Assembly: GCA_003427395.1 (NCBI GenBank)
Contig: BFEA01000034.1
Location: 1,574,997 to 1,638,996, forward strand
Direction: 5' to 3'
Origin: Chara braunii
Taxonomy: Eukaryota > Plantae > Charophyceae
Length of the DNA: 64,000 bases
Below are positions 60,068 through 64,000 of the stretch, piece after piece. Position 1 is the stretch's first letter. Each line of letters opens with the position of its first letter. A program made the position numbers and the translations under genes. The notes beneath the pieces were generated by a model that was not told the origin of the DNA, did no database searches, and saw only the letters and a program-made list of their open reading frames with translations.

Positions 60068-63000
60068 ATGGATCCATTCTTCTTAAGAGAAATCCAAGAA
60101 GAAACGTTGAAGAATGCCACAAATAAACGTAAGGATTTTACCACAGGTTTGTTTGAGACAACAGTTGAAACTGAAACGAGTACTCGCCATCAGAAGTTCT
60201 CTTTTGATGACGAACTACTTTCAGACAATCAGGTGAGTCCTTTTGTTTAACATTGGGTGGTTTGCGTCTGTCAAAATTTTGGCTGCTTATTCATTTGAAC
60301 CACCGGTAGCATAATCTTGTGAATAGGTTAATAGTGGTAATATAAATTGTTTGATGTTTTTTTTTTTTTCCTGCTAGCTAGGGTATTTTTCTTTTTGTGA
60401 ACCATGTGGTTTCATATGCGATTGTTGGGCAGGAGGTTGCGGAGTTTAGGAGGAGGAGGAAGAAGAAGAAGAAAAGTTTTTTGAGAGATGGGGAGAGTTC
60501 AGGCGCGATAGCGCAGGCCTTTTCTTTTTTGTTCTCCTTTTTATTTCTGTTGCCGTGATTACAACAGGGTGCAAAGCCTGTTCGAAGGGCATACTGTCTC
60601 AGGCACCCCAAATTCTGTATCTACCTGCTTTCACGTCCAAAGAGTTGCTGTTGTTTTTTTTCCCTCTTTTTTCTCTTTCTGCTGCCGTGATTTCAACAAG
60701 GCTGTGACGCCCTTTGCGAGTGCATACTCTCACATGTACCCCAGAATCTGCATCCGGTTGCTTTCACGCCCCTAGCGTTGTTACTTTTTTCTTTTTTTTT
60801 TCGTTGTTTCCCCCCCCCCCCAATTTCTTAAGAGAAGCAGGCAAGAAAACACAATGGGACGCAGGCCCGACAACTTTCGGTGCGCAGCTGGGTAGCACAG
60901 CGTACGTGTACGCGGGTTGCGCGTACACGCGTACACGTATACCTGTACGCGATACATACGCGCGTAGACGTACTCCCGTACGTGGGAATACGTAAAAAAA
61001 AAAAAAAAACAAAGTCATCGAAAAAATCTGAAAAACAAGTATGTTATGCACAATAATATTTCAAACAACTTTTGCCCGAGAAGCATCTCGCAATTCTGTA
61101 CCAAACTCGAGTTAAAAATCAAAGACACAAAAACCAAATAAATTAAAATAATTAAAAAAAAACTAGGAAAAAAACACACAAAAATAAAAACAAACTTCTA
61201 TAACAAATATATTTTATGCAGAAACATGATACAAACAAATTTTGCCTGGGATTTATTCCCGAATTCCCAACCAAACTCGAGTAAGAAATAAAAAATTCCA
61301 AAAAAAGGTAATATTATCATAATGAAAAACAATCTAAAAATATTTTTAAAATTTCTTAAGGTTTTTTATTTTTAAATCGAGCTTGGTTTGGAATTCGGGT
61401 ATGACTCCCAGGCAAATGTTGTTTGTATCATTATTTTGCACAACATTCTGTTTTTCAGATTTTTTTTTTTTTTTTTTTTTTACGTACGTGTACGCGCGAT
61501 TTTGGGTTCGTACGGGTACACCGGAATACGTACGCGTACGCACTGCGTACGCGTACGGGGTGCTACCCAGGTGCGCAGTGAAATTCAGGCTCGGCAACAG
61601 TCTGGCACAATCATGTTTTTTCCCTCCATTTTCATTATTAGTGGTTAAAAAGAAAAATTGAAAATAAAATCTTTAAAAAAAAACAAGGAGGGAGAAGAAG
61701 GGAAAGAAGAGAGTAGGAAGAACGAAATGAAGAGGAGAGGACGACGACGAAGAAGAAGAGGAGGAAGAGGAGGAGGAGAAGAAGAAGAAGAAGAAGAAGA
61801 AGAAGAAGAAGAAGAAGAAGAAGAAGAAGAAGAAGAGGAAGGAGGCACGAAGTGTTCTCTTTCTCTCTCTCTCTCTTTGTCTCTCTCCAACATGGCTACT
61901 TAATGGTGGCCTTGCACGACATCGTTCAGTGCAAGATGGCCACGTTGGATGGCGGGATATTGGAGGTGCAACGATGGCTGCATCTTTCAAAGTGAGGTGT
62001 GGTGCTCCACAACCGGGCGAGGATGGGGCATGGCGGGCTCCCGCTGCGCGGTGCTTTATGAATGGTCGACGAAGCGAGGTGGTCTATTGTGAGACTTGTG
62101 CTAGTAGGGAGTGTGCTGCGAAGTGTGGGCATTCGAATGAACTCCTGCCGTCAGCTCCTTCCAATTGCGGCCGATCTTGGCCGCCGATCAACCAAGAGTC
62201 CAAGATCAGTGACCAAGATTGACTAATTTATTTCTGTCTTCATGCCAGGGGCCTACCGGTCCCAGTTTTTTTTTTTGACAGCAGCAGGAAGCTCTGCAAG
62301 TCCGTTAGAGGCCGCCCAGCTAATTCAAATTCTTTTTTGGTGCCCCAGCTAAAATTCGAATGGCAACTTTGGCGGCGAATGAAAAATTCGAATATGGCAC
62401 AATCGAAATCGTCAGTTCGATGTCTATTGAACCAGGTCTGGGCAGACACCACGTGTCGATACTCAGAATTTTGCCAGAGATGGCGGTGTCGAAAACGTGC
62501 TCGCGCACTCACTAATTTCTTTTTATATTATTTTTTCTCTAGGCTTCATTTCCGTGTGCACAGGTGCCCCGAGCACACACGAATCCTTGCACGGCTGCAC
62601 GGCTGTGCGGGTCCCCCGTACGGGCCTCGTGTGGCACCAACGCTGTGTTCAGAAAAAAATGCAAACTTTTTCTCTGCTTATTCTTCTTTTTTTCTCCTCC
62701 CTTGTCGTGTACCTTCATCTTCCCCTCCTACTCTCCCTCCCGCTTCCTCCTACTTCCTCTCCCGCCATGTCCTTCATCGCTCCCACAACCTCCTACTTCC
62801 ACTTCCGCCATCTCCCTCGTCGCTATTACCATCCTCCACCCCTCTCCATCCGGGGACTACCACTGATTGGAAGACTGCATAAGTTCTACGGAGCCTTGTC
62901 CAACAATTATGTATATTCTTTTAATATATATCTACATATATATTTTGTTTTTTTGCTTAATTAGGTGAACGAGAGCTCCAAAAAGCGAATTCGGATATCA

Positions 63001-63625
63001 AAGCATTCAAATGTTCCTCGAATTCGACATCGTGATGGTCAACAAGAGCCTGTCAATGTGGTCCATGTAGTAAGTGTTTGCCCTTTTGTTTCTCTTCTTA
63101 TAACTTAGCAATTTGAGATTTTCAATTGATGCTGTCCTACAAGAAATGATTTCCTAATTGCCCATCAGTTTTGTTTTTTTAACAGTTTATTCTTCCCTAA
63201 GTTTTATTTTGCATTACTGTTTAAATCCAGGAGGAAGTTTCTCATGATTGTGATAATGAATTTTGGAACAAAGTTGTTGTTGAAGCACTTGACGCGTGGA
63301 GAAGGGTTCATGGAATCAGGTTCGTAGAAAACATAAATATATCAATCCAAATTTTTATGTCATTTATCAATGCAAAAAAGTTTGTAATCCACTGTTTTCT
63401 TTCTCGTTGTTGATGATTTAACGATTTTTATTGCATGCATGCTCGTGGTAGTGTTGCTTGTCTCCCGGCTAGTGGTGAGAACAAAAACTGATAGAGAGGA
63501 TATTGTTTTTTATTTTGTTTGATGTTCAAGTTGTTTGTTGTTATACTTTTCTTATTATTCTTGTGAAGTTTTCAGATATCCTTCCATCATACTAAGGTTT
63601 ATTGGTTGTGGGCCGTGCTTTTGAC
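60068..63625 (+). CDS. Possible small 4-exon gene of unknown function (~135 aa)
   Basis: Candidate exons ~60068-60232, ~62965-63069, ~63231-63319 and ~63577-63625 have AG/GT borders (CAG|GTGAGT, GTA|GTAAGT) and compatible phases: MDPFFLREIQ...DNQ/VNESSKKRIR...VHV/EEVSHDCDNEFWNKVVVEALDAWRRVHGIR/YPSII...F*. No homology recognised. Confidence 0.4.
60888..61570. mobile_element. hAT-type MITE (683 bp) with 8-bp TSD
   Basis: TIR CTGGGTAGCAC / GTGCTACCCAG extended by CGTAC-rich subterminal repeats. Exact TSD GTGCGCAG at 60880-60887 and 61571-61578. Internal AT-rich inverted repeat. Confidence 0.92.
61730..61845. repeat. (GAA/GGA)n microsatellite
   Basis: Long GAA tract. Confidence 0.9.
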
Positions 63626-64000
63626 CTCAACTGGGGTTGTTGGCCGTCGGTCATCAGGAAAGATCTTGGCGACGGTCGCTGGTCACAAGCGCAAAACCGG
63701 TGGGCGGGCGATCCCGAGGTGTGTGATGTGAACGCCTGCTTTGTGAGCCGTTGGATGCAAGGGACGCGAGTTGCGTTGGGTTGTGCGATGTATGGTTCTA
63801 CGTTTATTTTTGTGTTTTTTTTTTTTTTCTTTGTTGTTTTGTTGTGTTTTTTTTTCCTGTTCGGGGGTGAAAGACACATGGGGGCTCGAATCCATTCTCT
63901 TGCTATGCCCCGCTGAGAGTTCGAAAGCAGTTTTCCAGAAAAGGCAACAAAAAAAGAAGAAAAAGATGGAAAAGGAAAAAAAAATGAACAAAAAAGGAAA

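Overview
Eukaryotic, repeat-dominated scaffold segment with four N-gaps and no recognisable intact housekeeping gene. The mix of plant-type U6, streptophyte-type cox3, Gypsy, L1/Tx1 and GIY-YIG-first Penelope elements suggests a charophyte alga such as Chara (inference, not verified). Contents: (1) three copies of a very long Gypsy LTR: <1-5589 (-), ~17050-21341 (+) followed by a tRNA-Asp PBS and decayed gag-pol, and a complete 7.56-kb solo LTR at 46423-53984 (-) with a 4-bp ACGT TSD; a related LTR subfamily lies at 5590-8656. (2) Decayed L1/Tx1-type LINEs. (3) A cox3 NUMT. (4) A Penelope-like element (35711-43718, -) with GIY-YIG upstream of RT, a ~1.9-kb pseudo-LTR, minimal hammerhead ribozymes and an extra CCHC/coiled-coil/SAP-like ORF1. 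(5) Palindromic satellite arrays, hAT-type MITEs, two U6 pseudogenes (one a TSD-flanked U6-tail chimera), a possible small spliced gene, and Nextera mate-pair adapter artefacts. The most unusual signal is an array of about 7-12 covarying stem-internal loop-stem hairpins per LTR with a conserved TAAGWT apical loop, plus a covarying structured U5 region and an apparent CpG-centred 4-bp target preference.
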